A DNA stretch of 64,000 nt from Escherichia phage vB_EcoM_F1. Positions 1 to 9,362 of this stretch are shown here, one piece after another; positions within the stretch are counted from its first letter, which is position 1, and each line of letters starts with the position of its first letter. The notes beneath the pieces were generated by a model. That model did not search any database, was not told where the DNA came from, and saw only the letters and a program-made list of their open reading frames with translations. Where the stretch lies: sequence record NC_054912.1. One strand, given 5' to 3'. The position numbers and the translations under genes were made by a program.

Positions 1-2178
1 TTAGGCCGCAAGGGCCTTCATAGTTTTAGCGATTTGGGAAACTTCATCATCACTTAAAGAACTGCGATATCCGATGAAGTCGGAAACAATACGGAATTTC
101 TTGGTAAACTCAGCAACCATTTTATCACTGTTTTTTGAAGCATTATTTGATAATACACCAAAAAGATTAGTTACTGTCCAGATGTCATGACCGATGGTAT
201 CTCTTCCACCATTAAAATATACACCCTGTAATGAACTAACCATATTAGCGAGTCGTGTATATTCTTCAGAAACTTCATCTACACTGAAGTACTTCATCAT
301 AAAATCTAGCTCAGGATACTTGATAATTTTATCAATATATCGTTTAGCTGAACTTGAATAACCTACATACTTATCATAATCTACATCATCAAAAGCATCT
401 ACATATAAATCACGCAAAGCTTCAAAAATACATTGGCACTGACCGAGTTCTTTTACCTTTTTCTGTAAAAGCGGACGAATAACATAAAATTCATTAATGC
501 CAATAAGATTAGCCATACGAATCAAAATATTCATAGATGGATGACAAAGAGATGTAGTACCATCCATAGAGAAAATATCAGAACGATGCATATACGCTAC
601 ATAACCAGTAATTTCATCTGCTTCTGATGTGAGCGTAAATAATTCCTCTTTTTCCCAGCGCCCGTCTTTAATTTCAAACTTAAATGCTGTAGCAGCTTTA
701 GGACGAGGAGCTTTACTTTTAACTACCTTTGGAATATAACTTTTAACTAAAGCTTCAATTTCTGACAAATAATGAATGTTAACTTCATCACTTTCAAACA
801 TCGCCATAATATCAGGAAGCAAATCAATCTGCGATTCTACTTCCGGATTAATAAACAGAAGACGCTCATTATGATGAATATTCAAAGTGTTATTAAATTC
901 ACTATCATCTAACGCACGTGCTAATCCACGGATAATATTAACACGATTTTTAATATTATCAATAACAATATTAATTTTTGTTGTATTAATACCAAACAGA
1001 CGATAACTTGATGCAACGGCTGAAGTTTCATGACTTTGCTTAATGCGTTTCAGTCGAGGGTCAAGATTTACTTCATACACAACTCCTGCATTGCATAACT
1101 TACTGTCAGGTTCAAACATGCTCTGCATCTTTTTATATGACAGATTTTTAGTCGTGAATTTGACTGAATTACTAATCATATAATCTCGAGCAGAATACCC
1201 CATCTTCATCAATTCACGATATGTGTGACGAGGAGATGTAGATTCTTTAAATCGTTTTACATCTTCATTAAATGCTTTCTCACTGAGTTCTTTAACTCGT
1301 TCAATAATATTTTTACGAGTACGATCATCCAGTGAAAGAGCTTCACGTGATGGAGCAATATCAAGTGAACCCATTGGAAACTTAATGTAATTCACTTCAT
1401 TGCGAATGCTTAGCCAGTTACGGTCTCTAATAACACCATCGATAGGATAAACAATACCACCATAGATAGCATATAATCCACCACGATCTGGCCAGTATCT
1501 TTCTGGATTTACACCGTAATAATCATCAAAATCCGGAAAATAATCAATTTCGCGGTCAAGACCATTAATGATAGCCAAATCTTTGAACGGTCGCATGATA
1601 TAAGAAACTTCATAAGCAAAGTTTCTAAAGTCTTTTTCTTCAACTGGAACTACGATTTCAATACCAGTTTTATCATCTGGACCCATTTCTTTTACGAATG
1701 TAGGTTTAATCTGTGGTCCATCACCATCCATGTAAGCTACATAACCACGAATTTCACCTTTATGATACGAAGTAATACTAAACGTATCAGTATAACTAAA
1801 CGGAGATTTAGAACCTAAACCAAATCCGCCAATGAAATCGTTAGATTCAGCCTTAGATGAACTGAAGTATGAATTATATAGACCAGGAGAATTATCATCA
1901 CCCTGAATATCAAAATCACTCATACCCGGACCAAAATCTCGACAAACAAATCGTGGATCTAAACGTCCAGGAACTTGTATGATAAATTTTTCAGGATTTC
2001 CATTGAGTGCATGGGCATCAATCATGTTAGTAATCAATTCACGGACTACTGCGCGAATCTTGTTTGTATACAAATCAGATGACAGAATTTTAAATACTTT
2101 AGGAGATGCTGTGATGCTAAATGCTTTTGATTTAGAACCATTACCAAGAATTGTTTCTTTTTCAGTGGTGATAATCAT
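1..2178 (-). CDS. rIIA: rIIA protein (rapid-lysis / exclusion locus, GHKL-ATPase-like N-terminal region)
   Basis: 725-aa ORF with stop at 1-3; sequence recognised as T-even rIIA; 725 aa is the T4 rIIA length as I recall it. Confidence 0.9.
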   Translation of the reverse strand: MIITTEKETILGNGSKSKAFSITASPKVFKILSSDLYTNKIRAVVRELITNMIDAHALNGNPEKFIIQVPGRLDPRFVCRDFGPGMSDFDIQGDDNSPGLYNSYFSSSKAESNDFIGGFGLGSKSPFSYTDTFSITSYHKGEIRGYVAYMDGDGPQIKPTFVKEMGPDDKTGIEIVVPVEEKDFRNFAYEVSYIMRPFKDLAIINGLDREIDYFPDFDDYYGVNPERYWPDRGGLYAIYGGIVYPIDGVIRDRNWLSIRNEVNYIKFPMGSLDIAPSREALSLDDRTRKNIIERVKELSEKAFNEDVKRFKESTSPRHTYRELMKMGYSARDYMISNSVKFTTKNLSYKKMQSMFEPDSKLCNAGVVYEVNLDPRLKRIKQSHETSAVASSYRLFGINTTKINIVIDNIKNRVNIIRGLARALDDSEFNNTLNIHHNERLLFINPEVESQIDLLPDIMAMFESDEVNIHYLSEIEALVKSYIPKVVKSKAPRPKAATAFKFEIKDGRWEKEELFTLTSEADEITGYVAYMHRSDIFSMDGTTSLCHPSMNILIRMANLIGINEFYVIRPLLQKKVKELGQCQCIFEALRDLYVDAFDDVDYDKYVGYSSSAKRYIDKIIKYPELDFMMKYFSVDEVSEEYTRLANMVSSLQGVYFNGGRDTIGHDIWTVTNLFGVLSNNASKNSDKMVAEFTKKFRIVSDFIGYRSSLSDDEVSQIAKTMKALAA

Positions 2179-2188
2179 AATTTCCTCA

Positions 2189-2392
2189 TTAATTCATATT
2201 ACGCTTAATAACTTCAGCAACTTCTAGTAGTTCATCTTTAGTTGCAGTGTCGGATTGAATTTTATCTCTAATATCCTTAAAGCGGTTTTTAAATTCTTCG
2301 GCTTCTCCCATATCGAAAAAGCGTTGAATGATTCTATATTCTCGATGAACTGCTTTATCAAAAAGTTCTAAATTTACTTTATATGATTTCAT
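2189..2392 (-). CDS. small hypothetical protein (rIIA.1 position)
   Basis: 67-aa ORF directly upstream of rIIA on the same strand. Confidence 0.5.
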   Translation of the reverse strand: MKSYKVNLELFDKAVHREYRIIQRFFDMGEAEEFKNRFKDIRDKIQSDTATKDELLEVAEVIKRNMN

Positions 2393-2417
2393 TTCAATAT
2401 CCTCATTTGCCCAATTA

Positions 2418-2447
2418 ATTATACCACATCCTTGTGGTAAAGTAAAC
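2418..2447 (-). promoter_or_regulatory. T4-type early promoter (GTTTAC -35, TGGTATAAT -10) reading toward rIIA.1/rIIA
   Basis: minus strand reads GTTTACtttaccacaaggatgTGGTATAAT. Confidence 0.5.
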
Positions 2448-2547
2448 TACTGGCTCATCCATTCTTTACGAAGGTCAGGATTAAATGGGACTGCACGAGA
2501 TGGGATAAACATAACTTTCATAATTAAGCCTTATTAAAATTAAAATG

Positions 2548-2565
2548 AAGCTCCCGAAGGAGCTT
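2548..2565 (-). terminator. stem-loop with UUCG tetraloop followed by U-rich tract (intrinsic terminator-like)
   Basis: aagctcc-cgaa-ggagctt inverted repeat; minus-strand RNA continues cauuuuaauuuu. Confidence 0.5.
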
Positions 2566-3361
2566 AGGACATCCAACACATTTTATAACCTTTGCAGGTT
2601 CTGTTAGGATTATTTAATGCTTTCAATATATTAGAAGACCCTATATCTAAATACTCCCTTAATTCATAAAGATAGTTAAAATCAATAGTTTCACCTGTTT
2701 TTACACTTGTGATTCTTATAGGCCTTCTTTCATATTTAGATTTATACAACTCTCTAGTCTTAGCTTTAGTTTCTTCTGACCTAGGAGTGTATGGTTTAAA
2801 TCCTTTTGTTTTAAATGTTTCCATTCTTGATTTAGTTATTTTATCCTGGTGTTCTTTTGTTTTTACAGGTGCTTTTCGCCCATTCTCCCAAGATAACTTG
2901 TTGGCCTGTATTATTTTATCTATTGCTTCTTGCGTATGAGTTTTACCATAAAATGGATTTAATTCGCCTATACGTTGTGAAGCAATATGTGACATTAATT
3001 CTCTTGTTGCTTTAGTATGTTTTTTACCTTTAAATGGGTTGCCATTTTTAGCAATCCATTCTTTCATAAATCTAGAGTGCTCTTTAGAGAATTCTTGTTT
3101 AAGCCAATCATAATCTCTAGAATTTCTAGCTCCCATGTAAAAAGCTCTAATAGCCATAAGCATAGAACGGTTCTTATGAATTTTATAAAGCAATAAATGG
3201 GCGATAAAATGCTCTCTAGGGGTCATTTTAACTAGATTTGATTTAGCATTACTCCCGCCCATAGATTTAGGCAAAATATGGTGAGTTTCAGTATAATTAG
3301 GAATAGTGCTGCGGTTTTTAGCCGCAGCGATAAGTTTATCATAAATTTTACGATAATTCAT
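2564..3361 (-). CDS. HNH-family homing endonuclease-like protein
   Basis: 265-aa ORF with HHILPKSMGG..N motif typical of HNH nucleases; ATG overlaps gene 39 stop (TAATG); track start at 3376 is a TTG. Confidence 0.7.
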   Translation of the reverse strand: MNYRKIYDKLIAAAKNRSTIPNYTETHHILPKSMGGSNAKSNLVKMTPREHFIAHLLLYKIHKNRSMLMAIRAFYMGARNSRDYDWLKQEFSKEHSRFMKEWIAKNGNPFKGKKHTKATRELMSHIASQRIGELNPFYGKTHTQEAIDKIIQANKLSWENGRKAPVKTKEHQDKITKSRMETFKTKGFKPYTPRSEETKAKTRELYKSKYERRPIRITSVKTGETIDFNYLYELREYLDIGSSNILKALNNPNRTCKGYKMCWMS

Positions 3362-5178
3362 TATCCTAGCATCCAATCTTTACGGAGTTCAGGGTCGTTA
3401 CCCATGAGCATTTCAAATAGTTCTTTCCAATTTTCAGGAAGTTTAACTACGTCGTACACAGGGTTTTGAATCATTTCTTTATATTCATCCCGCTGAAGTG
3501 AGCCCAATCCCTTGATGTATCGAATACTATGCTTAGGCAGTGTATCTTTAGCTTCTTCATACTCAGCTACAGTATAAAACCATTTTTGAGTTTTGCCAAT
3601 TTGTGCAATAATTACAGGCGTTTTAACAAAGCGAATACGTCCTTGTTCAAACAATTCAGGCCAATTACTAAAGAAAGCAAGCAAAGCCGGATAAATACTT
3701 CCAAGACCGTCGTGATCTGCGTCAGTCATAATTGCAATATTACGATAGTTCGTATTCTCTGCCTTTTCACCAAGAACTAGACCAGTGATTGCGCAAATAT
3801 CAAATAGTTCTTTGTTTTTAAGCATATCAGCATATGACATACCCCAACTGTTGAGAACTTTACCACGTAATGGATAACCACCATGAAGTTCTTTATCACG
3901 AACATCAATAAGATATCCGATAGCAGAATCACCCTCAGTCAAGAAAAGAGTAGTGTCAGCATCTTTACCACAAAGATTCGCTTTGATATGTTTATGAACC
4001 TTAGCTTTAGAAGCCTTTTTAGCTGCTTTAGTTTCTGCTGCTTTTTCTGCCGCCAATTTACGAGCCAAAGCAGCTTCAATAATCGGCATTAGAATTGCTT
4101 CATTATTTAGAATAGCGCGTGAAATCTTTTTAGCATCAAGTTGAATATGACTACGAATTTCGCCAAATGGAGAAGTCAAACGCTCTTTAGTTTGAGAATC
4201 AAATCGCATGTTTTTCATATCACGAACAAACATGACGATAGTCAAACATTCTTTGACACGTGCTTTAGTTACATCAATTTTGAACTTACGTTTGATTTGT
4301 GGAATAAGGTCTTCACAAATATCATCCATAACACAGTCAATGTGATGGCCACCATTCTTAGTGTGAATGTTATTCACATAAGTTAATTGACGAAAACCAT
4401 CCGGTGAACGACCAACTGCAATAGAACAATTTTCTTGTTCTTGAACGATAGCATGCTCATCATATTGGCGTGCATATTTCTTAAAATTACCCTGAACCTT
4501 TTTACCATTAAAGGTAAATTGAATATCAGGATAAACAACAGCAAGTGTCTGGAGACGATCTAGTGTAATGTCAAGATAAACTTGGGACAGCTCATTAGTT
4601 TCAAATGACATAAAATCAGGAATGAAAGTAACACGAGTTCCTTTCCATTTTCCTGGAATAGTTTCCCATGATTTATTTTCCATGCCATTTGAACAACGAA
4701 CTACAATATTATTTTGACCATCGCCAGTTTCACCAACAAACATCACAGAAAAAATGTTAGTTAAACTAGAACCAACACCATTCATACCGCCAGTGACGCG
4801 TTCTTTATCATCACCGAAGTTACCACCTGCTTTTGGAATAGTCCATGCAGCAACAGGACCAGGAATTTCTTCACCGGTAGGTGTTTTAACCATAGCCTGT
4901 GGAATACCACGACCGTTATCTTCAACTGTTACTTGATTGTTTTTAATAGTAACATTAATTTTATTTGCGAATTTAAACTTAGTACGAATACCTTCATCTA
5001 CTGAGTTATCGATAATTTCATCAATAAGCTTAACAAGACCAGGTACATACTGAACACTTTCCCATTTACCAAACAGAAAGCGCTCATGCATTTCATTAGC
5101 AGAAGAGCCAATATACATGCCGCTACGCTTTTTGATATGTTCAATATCGCTCAGAATTTTAATTTCATTCTTAATCAT
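3361..5178 (-). CDS. 39: DNA topoisomerase II large subunit, unsplit form (gene 39)
   Basis: 605-aa product from the ATG at 5178 (track ORF starts one codon upstream at a GTG); GHKL ATPase and TOPRIM-like motifs; N-terminus MIKNEIKILSDIEHIKKRSGMYIGSS recognised. Confidence 0.9.
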   Translation of the reverse strand: MIKNEIKILSDIEHIKKRSGMYIGSSANEMHERFLFGKWESVQYVPGLVKLIDEIIDNSVDEGIRTKFKFANKINVTIKNNQVTVEDNGRGIPQAMVKTPTGEEIPGPVAAWTIPKAGGNFGDDKERVTGGMNGVGSSLTNIFSVMFVGETGDGQNNIVVRCSNGMENKSWETIPGKWKGTRVTFIPDFMSFETNELSQVYLDITLDRLQTLAVVYPDIQFTFNGKKVQGNFKKYARQYDEHAIVQEQENCSIAVGRSPDGFRQLTYVNNIHTKNGGHHIDCVMDDICEDLIPQIKRKFKIDVTKARVKECLTIVMFVRDMKNMRFDSQTKERLTSPFGEIRSHIQLDAKKISRAILNNEAILMPIIEAALARKLAAEKAAETKAAKKASKAKVHKHIKANLCGKDADTTLFLTEGDSAIGYLIDVRDKELHGGYPLRGKVLNSWGMSYADMLKNKELFDICAITGLVLGEKAENTNYRNIAIMTDADHDGLGSIYPALLAFFSNWPELFEQGRIRFVKTPVIIAQIGKTQKWFYTVAEYEEAKDTLPKHSIRYIKGLGSLQRDEYKEMIQNPVYDVVKLPENWKELFEMLMGNDPELRKDWMLG

Positions 5179-5230
5179 CACTTATCCTCGTTTGGTTTCG
5201 GGAATATTATACTCCAATAATCATAAAGCT

Positions 5231-5248
5231 AAAGGCCCGAAGGCCTTT
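5231..5248 (-). terminator. GC stem-loop (aaaggcc-cgaa-ggccttt), T-rich on both sides
   Basis: perfect 7-bp stem with CGAA/UUCG loop between gene 39 start and upstream gene end. Confidence 0.45.
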
Positions 5249-5508
5249 TATTTAAAACGAATAGTCGAATCCTTGAAGAATAGTCCAGAACATACTGTTC
5301 CTTCTACTTTCTGCCCAGTAGGTCCAATAGCACGAAATCCAGTATGCTGGAAATCATTTTCAGAGCAACCAAACCAATTGTATCCAGTGATTTCAATATT
5401 AGTAAACCCACTTGAAGACAAAACTTTGGTTGCATTATCAGCATCAGTACATCCTACTAAAGACACTGCTAATACTAATGCTGCAATAGAACGATTAACA
5501 TATTTCAT
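5248..5508 (-). CDS. predicted lipoprotein (signal peptide with LVGC lipobox)
   Basis: 86-aa ORF, N-terminus MKYVNRSIAALVLAVSLVGC. Confidence 0.6.
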   Translation of the reverse strand: MKYVNRSIAALVLAVSLVGCTDADNATKVLSSSGFTNIEITGYNWFGCSENDFQHTGFRAIGPTGQKVEGTVCSGLFFKDSTIRFK

Positions 5509-5510
5509 AA

Positions 5511-5687
5511 TTACCCTTTAAGTAAGTCGTAAAATCCACCGTTCACATGCTTAGGAGCGGAAACTAACCGAATAGCAATCCGATGACAATCAGGACATAC
5601 ATCAGTATCCCTTTCAGAAATTTTCTTGATTTTTTCATATTCTTTTGCGCAGTCTTTGGATTGACATTTATAATCATAAAGAGGCAT
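5511..5687 (-). CDS. small zinc-ribbon protein (CxxC..CxxC, FmdB-like)
   Basis: 58-aa ORF MPLYDYKCQSKDCAKEYEKI...CPDCH found by manual translation; below the 60-aa track cutoff. Confidence 0.5.
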   Translation of the reverse strand: MPLYDYKCQSKDCAKEYEKIKKISERDTDVCPDCHRIAIRLVSAPKHVNGGFYDLLKG

Positions 5688-5689
5688 AA

Positions 5690-6103
5690 TTATTCCTTAA
5701 AGTGAGCTTTCAACATCTGATACAAGGACCATGCCTGTTCATTATTTTCAATAGTAACTTTCATGATCGGGAATTCAGATGGTTCAGTTACTGGTGCAGG
5801 GTCTTCCTGCTCTTCAGCAGCCTGATATGGATTTTCCACTTCATTAAAGAACTCGGCTTCGTTGCTAGAAAGCCAGATAAAGTTTTCGTCAATGACTGTA
5901 CCTCGTGATGAATATCCAACTATGCCAGTAGATGTCACAATTTTAGTAGGACGCCCGTAATAGTCAACATCTAAAATTTTAAAAGGTTCCATACCTAAAC
6001 GCCGCGCATAGATTCCGTTATCAGTATGGTCTTTAATAAAATTTTCTTGAGCTTGTTTATTTTTGAATTGATACCATTTATTAACTTCAAATTTAATAGC
6101 CAT
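5690..6103 (-). CDS. hypothetical protein
   Basis: track ORF 5690..6121 trimmed to ATG at 6103 (track start is TTG); ATG overlaps upstream stop. Confidence 0.5.
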   Translation of the reverse strand: MAIKFEVNKWYQFKNKQAQENFIKDHTDNGIYARRLGMEPFKILDVDYYGRPTKIVTSTGIVGYSSRGTVIDENFIWLSSNEAEFFNEVENPYQAAEEQEDPAPVTEPSEFPIMKVTIENNEQAWSLYQMLKAHFKE

Positions 6104-6321
6104 TAATAAATTTCCTTCCAATAAGTTGTGCCATTTTCAGTAATTTCACGAAATACACCATAAATTGGTTGTTTATCACCGACTTTCTCATACACATAAA
6201 CAGAAGTCAAGTGAGTAAACTTGCTAGTATGTTCCTTTTGAACTACTACCAAATCTGGATCGAATAATACATCTTCAAATTCATCATTAGTGCAATTCTG
6301 AACAATTTTACGTTTCATCAT
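6103..6321 (-). CDS. hypothetical protein (72 aa)
   Basis: ORF with ATG start; same strand, tightly packed. Confidence 0.5.
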   Translation of the reverse strand: MMKRKIVQNCTNDEFEDVLFDPDLVVVQKEHTSKFTHLTSVYVYEKVGDKQPIYGVFREITENGTTYWKEIY

Positions 6322-6418
6322 AATTTCCTCATTAATTGAACATTGGAGCGATGCGTTTCAGAAGAGTATCAGCGCACCTTTAACGAATTTCCATTTTATT
6401 CTTCAAGTTGTTTTCTGT

Positions 6419-6461
6419 ATCAGTAGTTGATATTGATATAGTACCATAATCAACTACTGAT
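6419..6461 (-). repeat. 13-bp perfect inverted repeat (atcagtagttgat / atcaactactgat) flanking a TGGTACTATA -10-like element
   Basis: seen directly; arm sequence also recurs downstream of other early promoters. Confidence 0.5.
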
Positions 6462-6491
6462 GTATATAGTTTTATGAAAAAATTTTAAACT

Positions 6492-6989
6492 TTATGCATA
6501 GAGAGCATTGCTATAGTGTTTAATCCAACTTTCAGGAATGACTTTGTATGTTCCTAAAAATACCACATTGTACAGCTTAACACCATCTTCTACCCATTGA
6601 TCGGTAATGTATGCACACATAGCGCGAGTACGATGTTTTTGAACAACCCCTTCCTCATCTTCGGTAAATTCGAATTCATAAGGAGCAACGAACTTGATAG
6701 CTTGACCGAGTTTCCACTTAAAGTCTACACCTACATGCGAAGTATCAATCGTTTCAATTCCTTTAGCAGGAACAGCTTTCAAAAACACAGATTCAAGAAA
6801 TTTCGCGCGAACATAACCAAACTGGGGTTTAGACTTTCCATCTTTAGGAATGATACGCACTTTTACTTCAGAATCTTCATCTTTAACGCCATGTTTAAGC
6901 TGAATGCTTACAATTTCGACCAATTTTCCTGCTGCTTTAGAACGGGATTTATCAGATACACGAGCAATTTCACCAATATTAATAATCAT
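6492..6989 (-). CDS. hypothetical protein (165 aa), paralog of 7066..7611
   Basis: shares TDQW[VI]EDGV.L.NVV motif with the neighbouring ORF. Confidence 0.55.
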   Translation of the reverse strand: MIINIGEIARVSDKSRSKAAGKLVEIVSIQLKHGVKDEDSEVKVRIIPKDGKSKPQFGYVRAKFLESVFLKAVPAKGIETIDTSHVGVDFKWKLGQAIKFVAPYEFEFTEDEEGVVQKHRTRAMCAYITDQWVEDGVKLYNVVFLGTYKVIPESWIKHYSNALYA

Positions 6990-7065
6990 AGTTATCTCTC
7001 ACCTGTTAAAAAGATTTTATACTCCACAGGACCATTATACTCTGGTCCCAAGAGTTTGTAAACTA

Positions 7066-7611
7066 TTAATTCAAAATAGCTACCACCGCACTACGAGGTA
7101 CTACACTAAAATCTCCTACATGGACAACGTTCAGAAGCTCAACACCATCTTCAATCCACTGGTCTGTTACCCAACCACAGATAGGATTATCAAAAGGACG
7201 ACGGATAGACACAGCAGCACACAACAGGTCTGTAGGGTCTTGTTCTTCAACTTCTTGGAACAGGATGAACTCATCTTCATAAACCAGGTTTTTCTTTATT
7301 TTGTTATTATCTAACCGGCGACCGTGGATGACGTAAGATTTGTCAAACCACTCACTTTTGGCAAATTCTTCAACAATAAATTCGCCTTCGCCAAAAACAT
7401 CAGTCAGAGTTTTATGACCAGAAATCAAGGCATTAGTTTTAATTTTAGGTTCAACCAGTTTGTAGGTTTTGCCGATTTCAATAGCGGTAGTCATAGTAGG
7501 TTCCTTAATTTCCAGTGGTTTAACAGGGCATACATAAGTGCTTACAACATCAAAATCAATCAGTTTAGCTACCGGATTTGGTATGTATTCAGGATTATAA
7601 TTAAATTTCAT
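7066..7611 (-). CDS. hypothetical protein (181 aa), paralog of 6492..6989
   Basis: shared C-terminal motif with neighbour. Confidence 0.55.
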   Translation of the reverse strand: MKFNYNPEYIPNPVAKLIDFDVVSTYVCPVKPLEIKEPTMTTAIEIGKTYKLVEPKIKTNALISGHKTLTDVFGEGEFIVEEFAKSEWFDKSYVIHGRRLDNNKIKKNLVYEDEFILFQEVEEQDPTDLLCAAVSIRRPFDNPICGWVTDQWIEDGVELLNVVHVGDFSVVPRSAVVAILN

Positions 7612-7613
7612 AA

Positions 7614-8114
7614 TTATCTCATTTCAATAAAATCTACGAGTTCAGCATGCGATTTGCGGAACATTACTTGGTGCCCACCAATGATAACTTCATCTTCAGG
7701 AACTTCGTATACAGCGAGATAAAATCCTTTAGAAGATAATTCTTCCCGCTCTTCTCGTGTGAACCATCTCATCATATCATATTCGCTAGCGAAAGCAAAA
7801 TGATAAAGACCTATAAACCATCCTGGAATATGATATTCTACTCCAACATAATCTTTCTTGAACTTAGTATTAATTACTATATTAGCGTTTTTAACTAATA
7901 GTTTATCTTCGTGTGGTAAAGGAATTCTTTTATTATTATCGCTATGATGCATAAAATTAGGTCTGTCATAACCTACGTGTAATAGCCACTCTTCGCTCCA
8001 TGAATCTATTATACTCCTGTACGGCGTTATTTGAACACAAAGATTTCGACGTATTGTTATAGCATCTTCATTATTAAGAATACTAAAAGATGATTCAACA
8101 CGATAAATTTTCAT
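7614..8114 (-). CDS. hypothetical protein (166 aa)
   Basis: ORF with ATG; early promoter immediately upstream. Confidence 0.5.
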   Translation of the reverse strand: MKIYRVESSFSILNNEDAITIRRNLCVQITPYRSIIDSWSEEWLLHVGYDRPNFMHHSDNNKRIPLPHEDKLLVKNANIVINTKFKKDYVGVEYHIPGWFIGLYHFAFASEYDMMRWFTREEREELSSKGFYLAVYEVPEDEVIIGGHQVMFRKSHAELVDFIEMR

Positions 8115-8138
8115 TTTATTATCCTCAGTAGCTATGGT

Positions 8139-8171
8139 GTTATAATACCATAACTAACCGAGGAAGTAAAC
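8139..8171 (-). promoter_or_regulatory. T4-type early promoter
   Basis: minus strand GTTTACttcctcggttagttaTGGTATTATAAC upstream of 7614..8114. Confidence 0.45.
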
Positions 8172-8177
8172 AACTTT

Positions 8178-8861
8178 TTATCGTTTTGTTGGAAGAGACA
8201 GAGGATCGCACTCTTCCTCTGACGGAGCATCTTCAAGACCCATAGCGTATCGCAAAGCATACTTCATCATCAGGATGTCTTTCGCACAGTCATGAATAGA
8301 ATTATGCGCAACGAATCCATCTAAAGTTCCTTTTGGAAGAGGACACGTGGTCATATCACGAACAAGGAGAAGTGCTTCAATTCTAGTACGAATATCACGC
8401 TGATTCCAGAATTTACATGGTTCTAACTTAAATGTGTCAAGCTCATTCTCAGAAACGCCGTTAAGACGTTGAATATCACGAATGAGATCGACTAAAATTG
8501 GAAAATCAAACGACATTCCACGGCACCAGCCTTGAGATTTCCAAGGATCGATATTATGTGCATTGATGTAATCATTAAATTTTGCAATACCATCAATGGT
8601 GCTTACATCTTCATCTGATGGTGCAATATTTTTTCTAGCTTCAGGTGATTGATTTTTCCACCATTCGATAGTGCTTTTAGTAAAAAGACGATGTCCTTTT
8701 TGGCTTTTTAAATCAAATTTGATTTTAATGCCACGTGAAACTAGTTCATCGAATGTTTCAACTACTTCTGGATTAGGGTCAAAAGCAATTACAGCCAAAT
8801 CAATAACCGCTGCTTTTTCACCACTTCCCATTGTTTCAAAATCTATAATAAAATCAAACAT
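8178..8861 (-). CDS. dexA: exonuclease A (3'-5' DEDD-type exonuclease)
   Basis: 227-aa ORF, N-terminus MFDFIIDFETMG recognised as T4 DexA; length matches. Confidence 0.85.
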   Translation of the reverse strand: MFDFIIDFETMGSGEKAAVIDLAVIAFDPNPEVVETFDELVSRGIKIKFDLKSQKGHRLFTKSTIEWWKNQSPEARKNIAPSDEDVSTIDGIAKFNDYINAHNIDPWKSQGWCRGMSFDFPILVDLIRDIQRLNGVSENELDTFKLEPCKFWNQRDIRTRIEALLLVRDMTTCPLPKGTLDGFVAHNSIHDCAKDILMMKYALRYAMGLEDAPSEEECDPLSLPTKR

Positions 8862-9103
8862 TAAATTTTCCTTGCTAAATCGCGAATTTGACCTACAGTA
8901 TAGTCTTGAATATAAACTTTATTAATGGGCTCATCAATAAATTTTGCCACAGATTCAATATCTTTTTGTATTTCTTCAAGACTGTATACTATCTTTGAAG
9001 CTTTTTCGCGAATAGTAATATTTTCAGGACCTGGATTTTCTTCAATGACATCTTTAACACTTGTCATAAGAGATTTAAACTGCCACCAACTTAATTCAAT
9101 CAT
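8861..9103 (-). CDS. hypothetical protein
   Basis: track ORF 8861..9136; internal ATG at 9103 avoids long overlap with upstream gene; start uncertain. Confidence 0.4.
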   Translation of the reverse strand: MIELSWWQFKSLMTSVKDVIEENPGPENITIREKASKIVYSLEEIQKDIESVAKFIDEPINKVYIQDYTVGQIRDLARKI

Positions 9104-9356
9104 TAATAACCGCCTTATAAAGATGGCTAATTTCACCTAAAATGTAATCACTGATTGTAACAGTTTTTACTTCACCACAAAAGAATTCTAACGCAATCAA
9201 ATCTCGTTCAATTTCTTCCAATTGAAGCATTAACTTACTAGATTCAATTTTTACAGTTTTGCGATTTTTGCTATAAGCTATTTCATAAATTTCGCTTACT
9301 TTATCTTGAAGAAGATAAAACTGATCTTTAGTTATTTCCACGAATAGCTTCCTCAA
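9096..9356 (-). CDS. hypothetical protein (86 aa)
   Basis: ORF in track. Confidence 0.45.
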   Translation of the reverse strand: MRKLFVEITKDQFYLLQDKVSEIYEIAYSKNRKTVKIESSKLMLQLEEIERDLIALEFFCGEVKTVTISDYILGEISHLYKAVIND

Positions 9357-9362
9357 ATTTAA

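Noticed and set aside
1979-2227. Plus-strand ORFs in the track that lie inside well-supported minus-strand genes (for example 1979..2227, 5117..5521, 21154..21384, 63489..63872)
   Set aside because: They are antisense shadow ORFs inside recognisable genes, with no RBS or promoter support. Only the plus-strand ORF at 17699..17899, which lies in an intergenic gap with a strong Shine-Dalgarno, was kept.
3361-5178. Gene 60-style translational bypass (50-nt hop) in the topoisomerase gene
   Set aside because: The 606-codon ORF is continuous and no separate gene 60 ORF is present, so no bypass is needed in this genome.
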